Source: a virus. From it: a DNA stretch of 64,000 nt. The notes beneath the pieces were generated by a model. The model worked only from the letters and a program-made list of their open reading frames with translations, was not told the origin of the DNA and made no database searches. The translations under genes were made by a program, and so were the position numbers. The DNA is taken from IMG/VR virus record IMGVR_UViG_3300050025_000126, positions 43,277-107,276 of that record; one strand, given 5' to 3'. Below, piece by piece: positions 28,318-37,842 of this stretch (within the stretch, counting starts at the first letter, position 1; the number at the start of each line of letters is the position of its first letter).

Positions 28318-29753
28318 TGGCTATCACCTATCTGCAAGTCAGCGGCCAGACGTTCCAGTTCAATGCTGACGCGGGAATGGTACCTGCTGCGCTGATGGCG
28401 GCGAGTGCAACCACGGATAGGGTCGCAGACCTGGAAAACTTCGGATTGCAAGGTGGGAACCACGATGACACAGGGGCATTTTCCGATGCCCTGACCAAGC
28501 TCGGGGCGGGCGGGACTATTAGAATACCCACAGGCGACTTTCAGATCGGCCCGCTCGCCATTCCCGCGTCGACGCAAAGCCTGTGCATCGAAGGTGTCCA
28601 GGGCTCCTACGCTCCGTCAGGAATCGGCTCGCGCATCGTGGCCGGTGGGTCAGGGGCCAGTCTTCTAAGTGTCATCGCCAGCACCACTAAGCTCACCCTG
28701 CGAAACGTGGCGCTTGACGGGATGGCACGCACTGATGATGTAGTGCTGTTTCTTCAGCAGGGCGGACAGATCATCGACTTTATTCTCCTGGATGGAGTCG
28801 ACTTCCACAACGTCAAGGCAGGAGGCTCGTTCATCAAGAGTTGGGCTGACGACTTCGTGGGCGGCGAAAACGCCCTGGTGGTGATGCGTGGATGCACGTT
28901 CAACCTAAATGGTTCCGTGTCTCCGTCGTCGAAGGGAAGCGCTCTGAAGTTACGCAACTACGGCGCCTGGGGATGGCTCGCAGAGAAGTGTAATTTCTTT
29001 GGAGGCTCGGGGGACGAAGGCTCCGTGGTGTTGGAATCCGGAGAGCTGACCATCCGCGATGCTGAATTTGAAAACAACTCAGTCCACGACATCGTTATCT
29101 ATGGCGCTTCCAGGTTTCACGGGGACAACATCCATTCGCAGTCCCCCGCCCCCGTGCTGGATATTCTTCCTCCGCTCGACGGGTCCGATACTTCATTGCT
29201 TTGGTTCCGCGACGGGGTGACGGTCGACAATCTCCAGCACCGAACCACCGCCACGCCTCCTGCCTGCAGCGTGCGGGACACCGGCAACTTGCCGCTGCGC
29301 CTGCGCAATGTGAACGGATACGGCGTTCAGATGGAATTCTCTGGTAACAAGGTTTTCGAGGTTGATGGCAACCACGGGGGACTAGTCACGCTCAATGGCG
29401 TGGATACCGTCGCCTCAATGGTTCGCTCTCAAATCATGGGCGATGATGGGCAGGACATCCAGCGGCTCTATTCACGTGACGGAGGCGCCTTCTGGGGAGT
29501 CGGATACACTCCCGCCACGGGGGAGGTCGGCGTGCAGTCGTATCGGTCGGGAATCGGATACCAGAACATGTCATACTCGGCGAGCTTGCATCGCTTCCTC
29601 TTTGGCCCCGTAGAGCTCGGGAAAATTACCAGCCTGGGAACTCCGCCAGCAGGCGCCCTTCGCTTTGGGTGCCTCGACAACGGGTCCGGGAAGATGCAGC
29701 TCGTGGTGCAGTTTCCTACAGGCGCCATCCAAGTGTTAGGGACCGAGCCATGA
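28317..29753 (+). CDS. Pectate-lyase-like beta-helix tailspike/depolymerase
   Basis: FGLQGGNHDDTGAF...GGTIRIPTGDF motif; likely GTG start overlapping the upstream TAG. Confidence 0.7.
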   Translation: MAITYLQVSGQTFQFNADAGMVPAALMAASATTDRVADLENFGLQGGNHDDTGAFSDALTKLGAGGTIRIPTGDFQIGPLAIPASTQSLCIEGVQGSYAPSGIGSRIVAGGSGASLLSVIASTTKLTLRNVALDGMARTDDVVLFLQQGGQIIDFILLDGVDFHNVKAGGSFIKSWADDFVGGENALVVMRGCTFNLNGSVSPSSKGSALKLRNYGAWGWLAEKCNFFGGSGDEGSVVLESGELTIRDAEFENNSVHDIVIYGASRFHGDNIHSQSPAPVLDILPPLDGSDTSLLWFRDGVTVDNLQHRTTATPPACSVRDTGNLPLRLRNVNGYGVQMEFSGNKVFEVDGNHGGLVTLNGVDTVASMVRSQIMGDDGQDIQRLYSRDGGAFWGVGYTPATGEVGVQSYRSGIGYQNMSYSASLHRFLFGPVELGKITSLGTPPAGALRFGCLDNGSGKMQLVVQFPTGAIQVLGTEP

Positions 29754-29854
29754 CCACCGACGAGCGCGAGGCGACGAACGAGGAGTAGACCGCGATGATC
29801 GATAAGACCAGGGATGTCACCGACACCGACGAAAGACTAGAGTAGTACCCAATA

Positions 29855-30712
29855 TTATAGTAGTCCAATCAAGCTAAAGCATTCGTACTCAAGTAGTTTA
29901 GCTTTCAAATTAGAAAAATCTCCGCTTACTTTTACCACCGATTCCTGTTTGAAATCGAGTTGGGGTAGAACAACCTCGTAGTTCTTTTGTACTCTAGATT
30001 TCTCCAACTGTAATTTGTCCCAATTCTTCAAGCTAACGCACTGAGGCTTAATAGGCCCCATAGTCTGATAAAAGGCTTCAGGCGTATCTACATTCAAAGC
30101 GTTTAAAAAAGGTTCTACCTGTTTCTTTGTTAATCTCTCTACCCCCTTGATCCCGTCTGAAGCATCACCAAACAGCGCCTTAGCGAGGTAGATGCGTCCT
30201 GGATTGTTTACTAGGTGATAGGCCTCATAAATATCTGAATCCTCCACAAATCGCTTTAGATTAGGCGAGAACACCTTTACATTGGGGAACTGTAGAAGGC
30301 TCCATAGGTCACGGTCGCCAGTTAGAATAACGCACGGCTTTCCTTGACGCATCTTGACAGCATATGCCATTGCATCATCTCCTTCCTTGCTGTCTTCCAA
30401 GAGATGTAATCCAGGCCATAACCTCAATACCTCGCAAACCTCGGGTAATGGGTCTATGTCTCTAGGAATTCTATTTGCCTTGTAAGTGGGAACAATTGTC
30501 CTTCTGAAGTCTTTAGCATTCTTGCCATCATAGCAAAAACACATAACTACGTTTTGACCAGCCATCTCATTACGCAAGAATGCTAACAGACTAGCAACCG
30601 CTCCAAACACATGCCCGCTAAATCTTCCTTGAGAGGTAGTTAGATTACGATTGGCGTATGCACTTCTGTAGGCAGCGTTACTTACGTCAATTATTAGAAA
30701 CGTGTTAGGCAT
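29855..30712 (-). CDS. 5'-3' exonuclease / flap endonuclease (Pol I N-terminal, T4 RNase H-like)
   Basis: IIDVSN, YKANR, EGDD, TGDRD, GDASDGIKGV. Confidence 0.92.
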   Translation of the reverse strand: MPNTFLIIDVSNAAYRSAYANRNLTTSQGRFSGHVFGAVASLLAFLRNEMAGQNVVMCFCYDGKNAKDFRRTIVPTYKANRIPRDIDPLPEVCEVLRLWPGLHLLEDSKEGDDAMAYAVKMRQGKPCVILTGDRDLWSLLQFPNVKVFSPNLKRFVEDSDIYEAYHLVNNPGRIYLAKALFGDASDGIKGVERLTKKQVEPFLNALNVDTPEAFYQTMGPIKPQCVSLKNWDKLQLEKSRVQKNYEVVLPQLDFKQESVVKVSGDFSNLKAKLLEYECFSLIGLL

Positions 30713-30713
30713 C

Positions 30714-31916
30714 TTATCCCTTTAACATAATGAATTCTTGTTGCCATTCAGCCCCAGAACGAAGAGGTCCGTTCAGGGCATCCTTTTTGATCTTAGATAG
30801 GAGTTTTTTGCCCCCTCCAAAGAATGCCGAAGCCATTTTCCCAACCTCAGCTGGTTTCATTAACCCGATTTCAAACTTCTTGTCAATCCTACCAGAGCGG
30901 ATTAAGGCTGGTCGCAACTTCTCAATGTGATTTGTCGTCATCACCAATATCCTGCCCTCAATAGAGCAAGCCCCGTCAATAGCATTTAAAACAGCTGACA
31001 TTGAAACCGGCGACGTTTGATTGTCTTCTTCTTTATCGTTCTTCTTTTTGTTTTTATTAGACTTATCGGGTGGTTCTAGGACATCAGCGTCTTCAATTAG
31101 TACGATAGCGTTCCTAGGAACATTAGAAAAGGCCTGAGAAAAATTCTGTTCACTGCCGGAAGAAAAGGGGTTTAGAAGGTAGAGGGGCCTATCTAAAACC
31201 GAGGCCATGGTAATCGCCGCAGAGGTTTTTCCAGTGCCAGGAGGTCCGTAGAAAAGATACCCCATTCTGTAGGGTACACCTCTCTTTAAGTACCAACTCT
31301 CATTTTCGCAAAACCATTTAGCGTGGTCAAATATTTCTGTCTTTAATTCTTCTGGGATAAATAAACGGTCCAGGGGTCTTTTCGATCTTGTCTCTATTTC
31401 TGTCCAATATCCATAATTCCCAGTGACATACAGCCTTATCTTGTCTTTCTTGTTTTTTTCTTGTTCCTTCTCGATTTTTTCAATAATATCCAATATCTTC
31501 TTATGGCTTCTGCCAAAAACAGTGAGATAGATGGTCTCCTTTGGCCTTATTGTATAAGCCCCGCTATTTACCTTATCGTCCTGTACTCTTCTTACAAATA
31601 TTGGTAAAACGTTTCCGTCCCAAAAAACATGTTCACCAAACCCAGGAGCGAGTCTAGCTGTGGCTGACCCAATAGAAAAGAACTTCAGATTTCTTGATTT
31701 CTCGGAAAAAGACTGCTGAGACAACCAAACGTTAATTAAATCAAACGCTTTATCTTCTCCAGTTACGGCAAGCGTTATTGTTATTCTTCTCAAAAGGAAA
31801 GAATAAACTTTAATCGGCAATGACTTAAACATGTACATTACCGCACCGGAAATCATTACGGCAATCACGCCTTCCACAACAGGATTTTTGAACAGACCAG
31901 AAAGGAATTCTATCAC
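30714..31916 (-). CDS. BCS1-like membrane-anchored AAA ATPase
   Basis: N-terminal TM; WYLKRGVPYRMGYLFYGPPGTGKT; IEDAD; TTNH...ALIRSGRID. Confidence 0.88.
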   Translation of the reverse strand: MIEFLSGLFKNPVVEGVIAVMISGAVMYMFKSLPIKVYSFLLRRITITLAVTGEDKAFDLINVWLSQQSFSEKSRNLKFFSIGSATARLAPGFGEHVFWDGNVLPIFVRRVQDDKVNSGAYTIRPKETIYLTVFGRSHKKILDIIEKIEKEQEKNKKDKIRLYVTGNYGYWTEIETRSKRPLDRLFIPEELKTEIFDHAKWFCENESWYLKRGVPYRMGYLFYGPPGTGKTSAAITMASVLDRPLYLLNPFSSGSEQNFSQAFSNVPRNAIVLIEDADVLEPPDKSNKNKKKNDKEEDNQTSPVSMSAVLNAIDGACSIEGRILVMTTNHIEKLRPALIRSGRIDKKFEIGLMKPAEVGKMASAFFGGGKKLLSKIKKDALNGPLRSGAEWQQEFIMLKG

Positions 31917-32311
31917 AATGACACCACAGGTCTAAAGCCAGTTACAATTGGAACAGGGCGTTTATTAATTGCAAACGATTCATAGACCAAAGTACTAAAT
32001 TGAGCAGCAGTGAAAGTAGTCCCTAAAGATGGCATGAAGATGTCTCCAATTAAAACAACAGTGGCCAGGTATGAAGGTGCGAATGGGGTTAGCAATCTAA
32101 ACAACACCACGCACATATCCGAGGTAGGCTTTGACAAAATATACGTGGCATGCTTTTCAAAGAAGGCTTGTAGATGCCACCTGTTCATGTAAGGAGAATC
32201 AGCAAACATAGAGTTAAACATCAGCCTAAGCTCTTCCATCTCGTTGGAGTCAAGCTCTTCTAGGCCGGTCAACTCTTCCCAGCTATGCCTAATTATTTTT
32301 GCGGCTTTCAT
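31913..32311 (-). CDS. Hypothetical protein
   Basis: Open frame in operon; start approximate. Confidence 0.55.
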   Translation of the reverse strand: MKAAKIIRHSWEELTGLEELDSNEMEELRLMFNSMFADSPYMNRWHLQAFFEKHATYILSKPTSDMCVVLFRLLTPFAPSYLATVVLIGDIFMPSLGTTFTAAQFSTLVYESFAINKRPVPIVTGFRPVVSL

Positions 32312-32507
32312 AAAGATTATCCACATAGGCAGAATACATCATAAGAACGAAGACGATTGGCCACACAAACGATAGTAAAACTACCGCTGCATTGTGTTGC
32401 TTCCAGTCAAGACCGTCTTTAAAATAAGAAGTCAACCCTATCTTTAGACCGATTGCTAAACCTACAGCGTAAATGATAAGCACTCGTATCCAATAAAACT
32501 CGTCCAT
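32289..32507 (-). CDS. Small two-TM membrane protein
   Basis: Two hydrophobic helices; probable start MDEFYW. Confidence 0.55.
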   Translation of the reverse strand: MDEFYWIRVLIIYAVGLAIGLKIGLTSYFKDGLDWKQHNAAVVLLSFVWPIVFVLMMYSAYVDNLYESRKNN

Positions 32508-32508
32508 C

Positions 32509-32658
32509 CTACTTCTTCGCTTTCTTCCTTGGTCTATAACTAGGATCGTCCCCGTTAGACAACTCAAACTCGTCTAACAGGTCACTTAGGTTCTCTGGCT
32601 TGTTACCATTAAGTTTTTCTAGCTTTTCTTTTTCGTCGAACGTTAGGTCGTCTTGCAT
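32509..32658 (-). CDS. Small hypothetical protein (49 aa, not in ORF track)
   Basis: AAGGAG RBS after a sigma70 promoter; MQDDLTFDEKEK... Confidence 0.55.
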   Translation of the reverse strand: MQDDLTFDEKEKLEKLNGNKPENLSDLLDEFELSNGDDPSYRPRKKAKK

Positions 32659-32681
32659 CGGTGCTCCTTAAATCTGCCTTT

Positions 32682-32721
32682 ATATTACCCTACTTGGATA
32701 TAAAACGCAAGTAGTAATCTT
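32682..32721. promoter_or_regulatory. Divergent promoter cassette
   Basis: Minus TTGCGT-17-TAATAT; plus AATCTT 6 nt before ATG 32728. Confidence 0.55.
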
Positions 32722-32727
32722 AGGGAT

Positions 32728-33309
32728 ATGTATCAAGAAAATCGAGTTACAACAAAAGAATTCGGGTCACTGGCTACTAGCTCTGACCTGTTAGTAAACG
32801 TTCCTACAGCTCCTGGACACCCCCAACAACGCCTACATGTAGTTGCCGCTAAACTATTGGTTCCCATGTCTGAAGCCGTACAGAGAGACCTGGGCTTTCC
32901 TCTACTGGTAGCCTCAGGTTGGCGCCCTCATCGTTGGGCGTCTAGAGAACAGTATGAACAGGTTCTGATTCAAAAATATGGAAGCGTAGCTAAAGGTAGA
33001 TTATATTTGGCTTTTGACTCACCACATGAAACGGGCCTAGCAATGGATCTAGGTTGTGGCGGACTTGAACCAGTTTCAGCAACAATTGAGAAGCAAAAAT
33101 CAACCCCTCTGTTTAAATGGCTTGTTGAAAACGCTTATAAATACAATTTCACTCCATACCGCGTTGAGTCATGGCACTGGGAATGTCGGATTAGCTTAAA
33201 CGCATACGATTCTGGAGTAGCAGACAACACCACTCCAGAACCCGTAACTACTTGTATGGACCCAAATGACGTTTGTATCGAAACGGTTACAGCCCCGCTA
33301 ATGCCCTAG
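32728..33309 (+). CDS. M15-family (VanY-like) peptidase, probable endolysin
   Basis: SGWR, SPHETGLAMD, ESWHWE zinc motifs. Confidence 0.85.
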   Translation: MYQENRVTTKEFGSLATSSDLLVNVPTAPGHPQQRLHVVAAKLLVPMSEAVQRDLGFPLLVASGWRPHRWASREQYEQVLIQKYGSVAKGRLYLAFDSPHETGLAMDLGCGGLEPVSATIEKQKSTPLFKWLVENAYKYNFTPYRVESWHWECRISLNAYDSGVADNTTPEPVTTCMDPNDVCIETVTAPLMP

Positions 33310-34741
33310 CTCTAATTACGTCAAATCCTTCTTCGTAGACAAACTTACCGTCTACCCAAACCGGTTGCAAAACGCTTAGGGCTTCTTGTTCTGGTGTTGC
33401 CTGGCTTATTAGTTCAAGCTTACCGTTTGCATTAGGAATCACGGCTAGGCGACCTTTAGCAGAATTCTTCATGCCGTTATCTGTAATTGGCTTCTTGAAA
33501 ATGTCGTAGCCTTTGCCATCGATCTGAACCCAGGTAGCCTTCATGGCGAAACCAAAGGTGTCTCGCGTCACGTATTGATATGTGAAGCTGCCGATACCAA
33601 AGACCATATTGCCAGAAGCAAAGCCTTTCTTGGCCAAACCGTTGCAAATTGCCTCACAGCGCTCAAACGTAATAGAGTCGCCGTAGATGCATCCGATGTG
33701 CTGGTCAAGTAGTCGGTGCCCGGTATTAGTTTCCGTGCCTCCAAAGACGTCCCAGAGGCATTCCACGACGCCTTTATAGGCAGGGCTGCCAACGGCTGCG
33801 TCTGGGTCGCCACAGATAATCTTTACAGGGTCTCCGCTATCTGGCCGAATGACCACTTTGCCATAACGCGCCATAATCCTAGTCTTAAGGGCTGGCAGAA
33901 TCTTGGTGAGAACGGCCCAAAGGTCCCAAGTATCTGACACAATGCTTACAATGCCAGCAGGGTAGAGGTCAAGAAGACGTTCAAAGGTCTGCTGTTCGGA
34001 CATTTCGCCACCAGCACACATGACGCTGTGTTCGGTTGCCGCAACGCTTCCACCAATAAAATAATCTGAAGGTGGAGTATAGTAATCCTCAACAAAATCC
34101 AAGGCCGGAACCGTATCTGTACCGATAAAATACAACAAGTGCCCCGCTCCAGACGACGCAGCCGCTTCAGGACAGCCCATACCACGGAAGCTAAAATCAT
34201 GTCCCTGCCAGCCGACAAACCCATCGGGGCTACCAGTTAGCTTGGCCTTCTCATTCAAAAGCTTGCGCATCCTAGAAGCAGTAGTAGCAGATGTACAAGG
34301 CATCCATAGGACGCAAGACATAATTGTCTCAAAGTAGTTGACCAACCAGGCAAAATCTTTGTGGGTGTTTTCAACTGTCAGCATCGGGCAGCGAAGGGGG
34401 ACCTTAGAACCCTCCTTGACGGCAGAAAACTTGAGAGGCAGGTAACCTAAATTGTGTAGTTCGCGAATGTGGTCTGAGCCAATTTGGTTTGGGCCAAGAT
34501 AGCCATTGACACGCTTGGTATATCGGTCGCAGACTTCATCAACGTTAGAGGTAAAGAACTTGTTCCACTCTGCCATCATGTACTTCTTGAGGAAGAACTG
34601 GAGGCCGAAGAAAACAACCTCGTCCTGGGCAGCGATACGGGACATCCTGGGGGTCCAGTTGCTGTATACAAATTCCGTACATGTAGGATATTGACGCCTA
34701 TGGTCAAATTTGTATCCGTCAATCATAGTTTCTGGCTTCAT
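33287..34741 (-). CDS. nadV: Nampt-family enzyme (probably Namat of NARP1)
   Basis: DGYKFDH, HDFSFRG, ATEHSVM, SDTWD, IRPDSG, YGDSIT. Confidence 0.93.
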   Translation of the reverse strand: MKPETMIDGYKFDHRRQYPTCTEFVYSNWTPRMSRIAAQDEVVFFGLQFFLKKYMMAEWNKFFTSNVDEVCDRYTKRVNGYLGPNQIGSDHIRELHNLGYLPLKFSAVKEGSKVPLRCPMLTVENTHKDFAWLVNYFETIMSCVLWMPCTSATTASRMRKLLNEKAKLTGSPDGFVGWQGHDFSFRGMGCPEAAASSGAGHLLYFIGTDTVPALDFVEDYYTPPSDYFIGGSVAATEHSVMCAGGEMSEQQTFERLLDLYPAGIVSIVSDTWDLWAVLTKILPALKTRIMARYGKVVIRPDSGDPVKIICGDPDAAVGSPAYKGVVECLWDVFGGTETNTGHRLLDQHIGCIYGDSITFERCEAICNGLAKKGFASGNMVFGIGSFTYQYVTRDTFGFAMKATWVQIDGKGYDIFKKPITDNGMKNSAKGRLAVIPNANGKLELISQATPEQEALSVLQPVWVDGKFVYEEGFDVIRARALAGL

Positions 34742-35610
34742 TAGTAATTACCTTTCATCAATTGTTCACAAATTTCAATAACTTTTACACCTGGAATGTC
34801 TTCTGGCCGATTTACAATCGAATCAGTAGTATATACGTTTTCAAACCGCTTAGTCAAGGCTTTCGTTCCTTGGCTGAAAATACCGTGAGTTACAAAAAGG
34901 TCCGCATTAATATTGCTCTCTGCTAACTTATCACCGAGGCCTAGAAAGGTTCCTCCACCGTCGCAAATATCATCCACAATCAAAACCTTGTCTGTAGGGG
35001 CAAATGGTTCATGACCAAATCCTGTAATTTTGCCGTCTTTGACATCTCTAGACTTCCAGGCGTGGATAAGAGGAACCTTCATAGCCTTAGCAAACATCCC
35101 AGCACGCTTTTCAGCTCCTGCGTCTGGGCTAACTACCGCGCAATACTTTGGTTGGTAAAAATATCCAGAAAGGTGAAAAGCTATGTCGCTATGGACGACT
35201 TCGCAATTATTGATAAGGCCTGCAATTACCTCAGAGTGTGGGTCCAGGACGATAACCTTCCTAAACTGACGCTCATTAATCATATTAGCTACAGACTTAG
35301 CTGTAAACAAGAAGTCTCCTGTATTGTTCAAACGGTCTTGTCGTGCTCCTGGAACCGAGGGAAGGACGAGTGTTGGCAGGTCGTATCCACGCCACTTAAA
35401 GGCATCTACAAAAAACAATGCAGCAAGTAAATCTGTCATTGTAAGAGGCCTTACGAGGATAGATTTAAGGCTACCTTCAAATGGCCGAGCCTGACCCATA
35501 ACGTAATACTTTGGGTGTTGTACAATAGGAACATTGTCAGGATAGACGTTGTTGTCGATCTCGATAATTTGATTGGTGTTTGTTAGAGCGTGGATTCTTA
35601 CGTTTTTCAT
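34741..35610 (-). CDS. prs: Prs-like pyrophosphokinase (probably Adps of NARP1)
   Basis: ARQDR, DPHS, SPDAGA, IVDDICDGGGTF, THGIFS. Confidence 0.92.
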   Translation of the reverse strand: MKNVRIHALTNTNQIIEIDNNVYPDNVPIVQHPKYYVMGQARPFEGSLKSILVRPLTMTDLLAALFFVDAFKWRGYDLPTLVLPSVPGARQDRLNNTGDFLFTAKSVANMINERQFRKVIVLDPHSEVIAGLINNCEVVHSDIAFHLSGYFYQPKYCAVVSPDAGAEKRAGMFAKAMKVPLIHAWKSRDVKDGKITGFGHEPFAPTDKVLIVDDICDGGGTFLGLGDKLAESNINADLFVTHGIFSQGTKALTKRFENVYTTDSIVNRPEDIPGVKVIEICEQLMKGNY

Positions 35611-35624
35611 GGACGTACTCTACC

Positions 35625-35921
35625 TTATTTCTTGTCTTTTGGCAAGTCTTTTATTCGATAGGTTGCCGGTTTGTCATTACTGTAAATCTGAACTAGAAGC
35701 GGGGTATTGGGGCGGTCGTGTCCCTCATGATCCTGGCAAATCTTATTCCAAATCCTTACCGCTTCATAAAGAGTTCTTGCCTTCGATTGCCACGAGAAGG
35801 TACATTTAGGATTGGAGCAAAAGATAAGAATAGTTCCCTTGCCATCAATTCTAATTCCCCAGCCGCAAGTACACTTCGGGCAGTTAGAGGGCTCATTCCA
35901 TTCGACAAGTTTAGTCGGCAT
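35625..35921 (-). CDS. Lar-like zinc-ribbon protein
   Basis: CPKC...CSNPKC...AVRIWN. Confidence 0.55.
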   Translation of the reverse strand: MPTKLVEWNEPSNCPKCTCGWGIRIDGKGTILIFCSNPKCTFSWQSKARTLYEAVRIWNKICQDHEGHDRPNTPLLVQIYSNDKPATYRIKDLPKDKK

Positions 35922-36009
35922 ACTTCTTTAACATTTTTCTCATTGCTTGAATATCTTTCAATAGGCGGTATTGCCATACGTTTAGGTTGACCTTGCTGTC
36001 CATGATCAC

Positions 36010-36048
36010 ATTATAGTATTTTAGATACAAATAGTCAACAACAATCTT
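36010..36048. promoter_or_regulatory. Divergent promoter cassette
   Basis: Minus TTGACT-17-TATAAT; plus GTCAACAACAATCTT 6 nt before ATG 36055. Confidence 0.75.
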
Positions 36049-36054
36049 ACAGCT

Positions 36055-36681
36055 ATGAATGAAATTGCCCCCATAGAAGGTCTATATCAAGTTTTGTTAA
36101 AGTGGTGCCCCAAATGTAAACTAGAAAAACCTGTTGATATGTTTGGTAAAAGCCGAAGGACAAAAGACGGATTACGCTGGTGTTGTAAATTGTGTAATAA
36201 CATATCTTCGATAGCGTACAACGAAGCTCACCCGGACCAGATAATCGCGAGTAAAAAATTGTGGCGTGAAAACAACAAAGATCGAATTCTAGCCAAATCA
36301 AGATTATGGCGCCATGCTAATAAGCCAAAGATAAACGCAAGAGAAAAAAACCGAAGACTGACAGACCCACAACATAAACTGTCGAGCAACCTAAGATGTA
36401 GGGTTAACGCAGCTATTAAAAGTGGTCGCAAGGCTGGCTCTGCTGTAAGAGATTGTGGATGCTCTATGGAGTTTCTGAAAGCTTATTTGGAGGCCAAATT
36501 TCAGCCAGGCATGAGTTGGGGCAATTGGGGACGCAAGGGTTGGCATATCGATCACATCACCCCGTTAGACGCCTTTGACCTTACCAATCGTGAACAATTT
36601 TTAACAGCAAACCACTACACCAATCTTCAACCTTTGTGGTGGCAAGATAATTTATCAAAACATAATTCGATTAATTTATGA
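36055..36681 (+). CDS. HNH endonuclease
   Basis: CPKC zinc finger; WHIDHITP...HYTNLQPLWWQDNLSK. Confidence 0.85.
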   Translation: MNEIAPIEGLYQVLLKWCPKCKLEKPVDMFGKSRRTKDGLRWCCKLCNNISSIAYNEAHPDQIIASKKLWRENNKDRILAKSRLWRHANKPKINAREKNRRLTDPQHKLSSNLRCRVNAAIKSGRKAGSAVRDCGCSMEFLKAYLEAKFQPGMSWGNWGRKGWHIDHITPLDAFDLTNREQFLTANHYTNLQPLWWQDNLSKHNSINL

Positions 36682-36683
36682 CT

Positions 36684-37787
36684 TTATTCAGTTATACCGA
36701 TTAGTTTCATGTATGCGCCTAGAGACAGTTTAGGTGATGTCAGACATTGAGCGGCTGACGCTCCGGTCTTGCGCATCTGGAAGAGAATAGAGGCGAACGG
36801 ATACTTGGTAGCTTCCAGGGCGAATTCCTTTTGGTTCTCAATATGCTTGATAGACTGATATGCCATAAATGCCGTGAAGCGACAATTAGCGTCTAGCTCG
36901 AAAATCTCGTCAAAAATCTTCCTCAATTCTGGGAAGCTATTGAGGGCCAACCCAAATTCAGAGGCTTCCCCCTTCCTAATTATTTCGCACATTCTCTTCT
37001 TGGACAAAGAGTCCTTGGCGTGGTGCAACATAACGTAGGCTGGCGACTTGATTTTAACACGGTTGAAATTGGCGTCAACTACAACGTACCCCTCGTGCTC
37101 CAAAGGATTAAGGGCTTCTGCTGCTTTGATACAATCATCAACAGAATGGAGAGGAAAGCTCTTAGGACAGGGGGTGTTGAGCTTATGTCCTAGCCCCAGC
37201 ATATTGGGAGTTAGCTCCTGTAGAGTGGTGTTGTCCCTAGCTCCTAGTAGCCAAATTTTACAATCCTTATGGTCGACTACAACCCTATTGAAAGGTGTGG
37301 TTAGTTCAAAAATCCAGGTGTAGCTTGGGCCTAAAAATTCAATCGTTGCTTTTTGGGCTTTAACAGTCTCCCAGAATAGCTCCTTGAAGGTCTTGCCAAA
37401 GCCGTTTACTTCACCAGATGCGTCAGGGGTTCCAGATGTTGCAATGTGCCACTTGTTGTCGTAATGGTAAAGCAGAATGAGGCTTCCGTCAATTTTTTCT
37501 TGCACCTCCGCAGTAAGCCAGTCGATGTTTGCGGCTAATGATTCGCTCTGGTTGTGGATTTTTTTAAATCCCATTGCCACAACGTTCCAATTGTCCGATT
37601 CGTCAAGTATGATTCCTCGGGCCTCTTGAACGATAGGCTCTTTGAACGGTGAGTCAATTTGATTATATTTAAAAAGACAAAGCTGCGGGTATTCACCGTG
37701 GCGCTTACAATCAATAGCAAAACGAGACTTTAGCTCTTCGATGCCATTTGGCGTTTCTCGTAAGAATTTTTGAGTTTCTAGTTCCAT
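36684..37787 (-). CDS. T4 Rnl1-like RNA ligase
   Basis: EARGIIL, EKIDGS, FEL, EGYVV, VKIK. Confidence 0.88.
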   Translation of the reverse strand: MELETQKFLRETPNGIEELKSRFAIDCKRHGEYPQLCLFKYNQIDSPFKEPIVQEARGIILDESDNWNVVAMGFKKIHNQSESLAANIDWLTAEVQEKIDGSLILLYHYDNKWHIATSGTPDASGEVNGFGKTFKELFWETVKAQKATIEFLGPSYTWIFELTTPFNRVVVDHKDCKIWLLGARDNTTLQELTPNMLGLGHKLNTPCPKSFPLHSVDDCIKAAEALNPLEHEGYVVVDANFNRVKIKSPAYVMLHHAKDSLSKKRMCEIIRKGEASEFGLALNSFPELRKIFDEIFELDANCRFTAFMAYQSIKHIENQKEFALEATKYPFASILFQMRKTGASAAQCLTSPKLSLGAYMKLIGITE

Positions 37788-37842
37788 GATTCTGTGATTC
37801 TTTTAATTAACGCTTCCAAATATCTTCAAAAATACAAGGGAA

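Noticed and set aside
27449-28369. 306-aa overlapping ORF and other shadow ORFs in the GC-rich segment
   Set aside because: Arg/Pro/Ser-rich alternative frames are expected from high GC; no motifs
33287-35610. NARP2 pathway
   Set aside because: Partner of the Nampt-like gene is Prs-like, not an NMN adenylyltransferase
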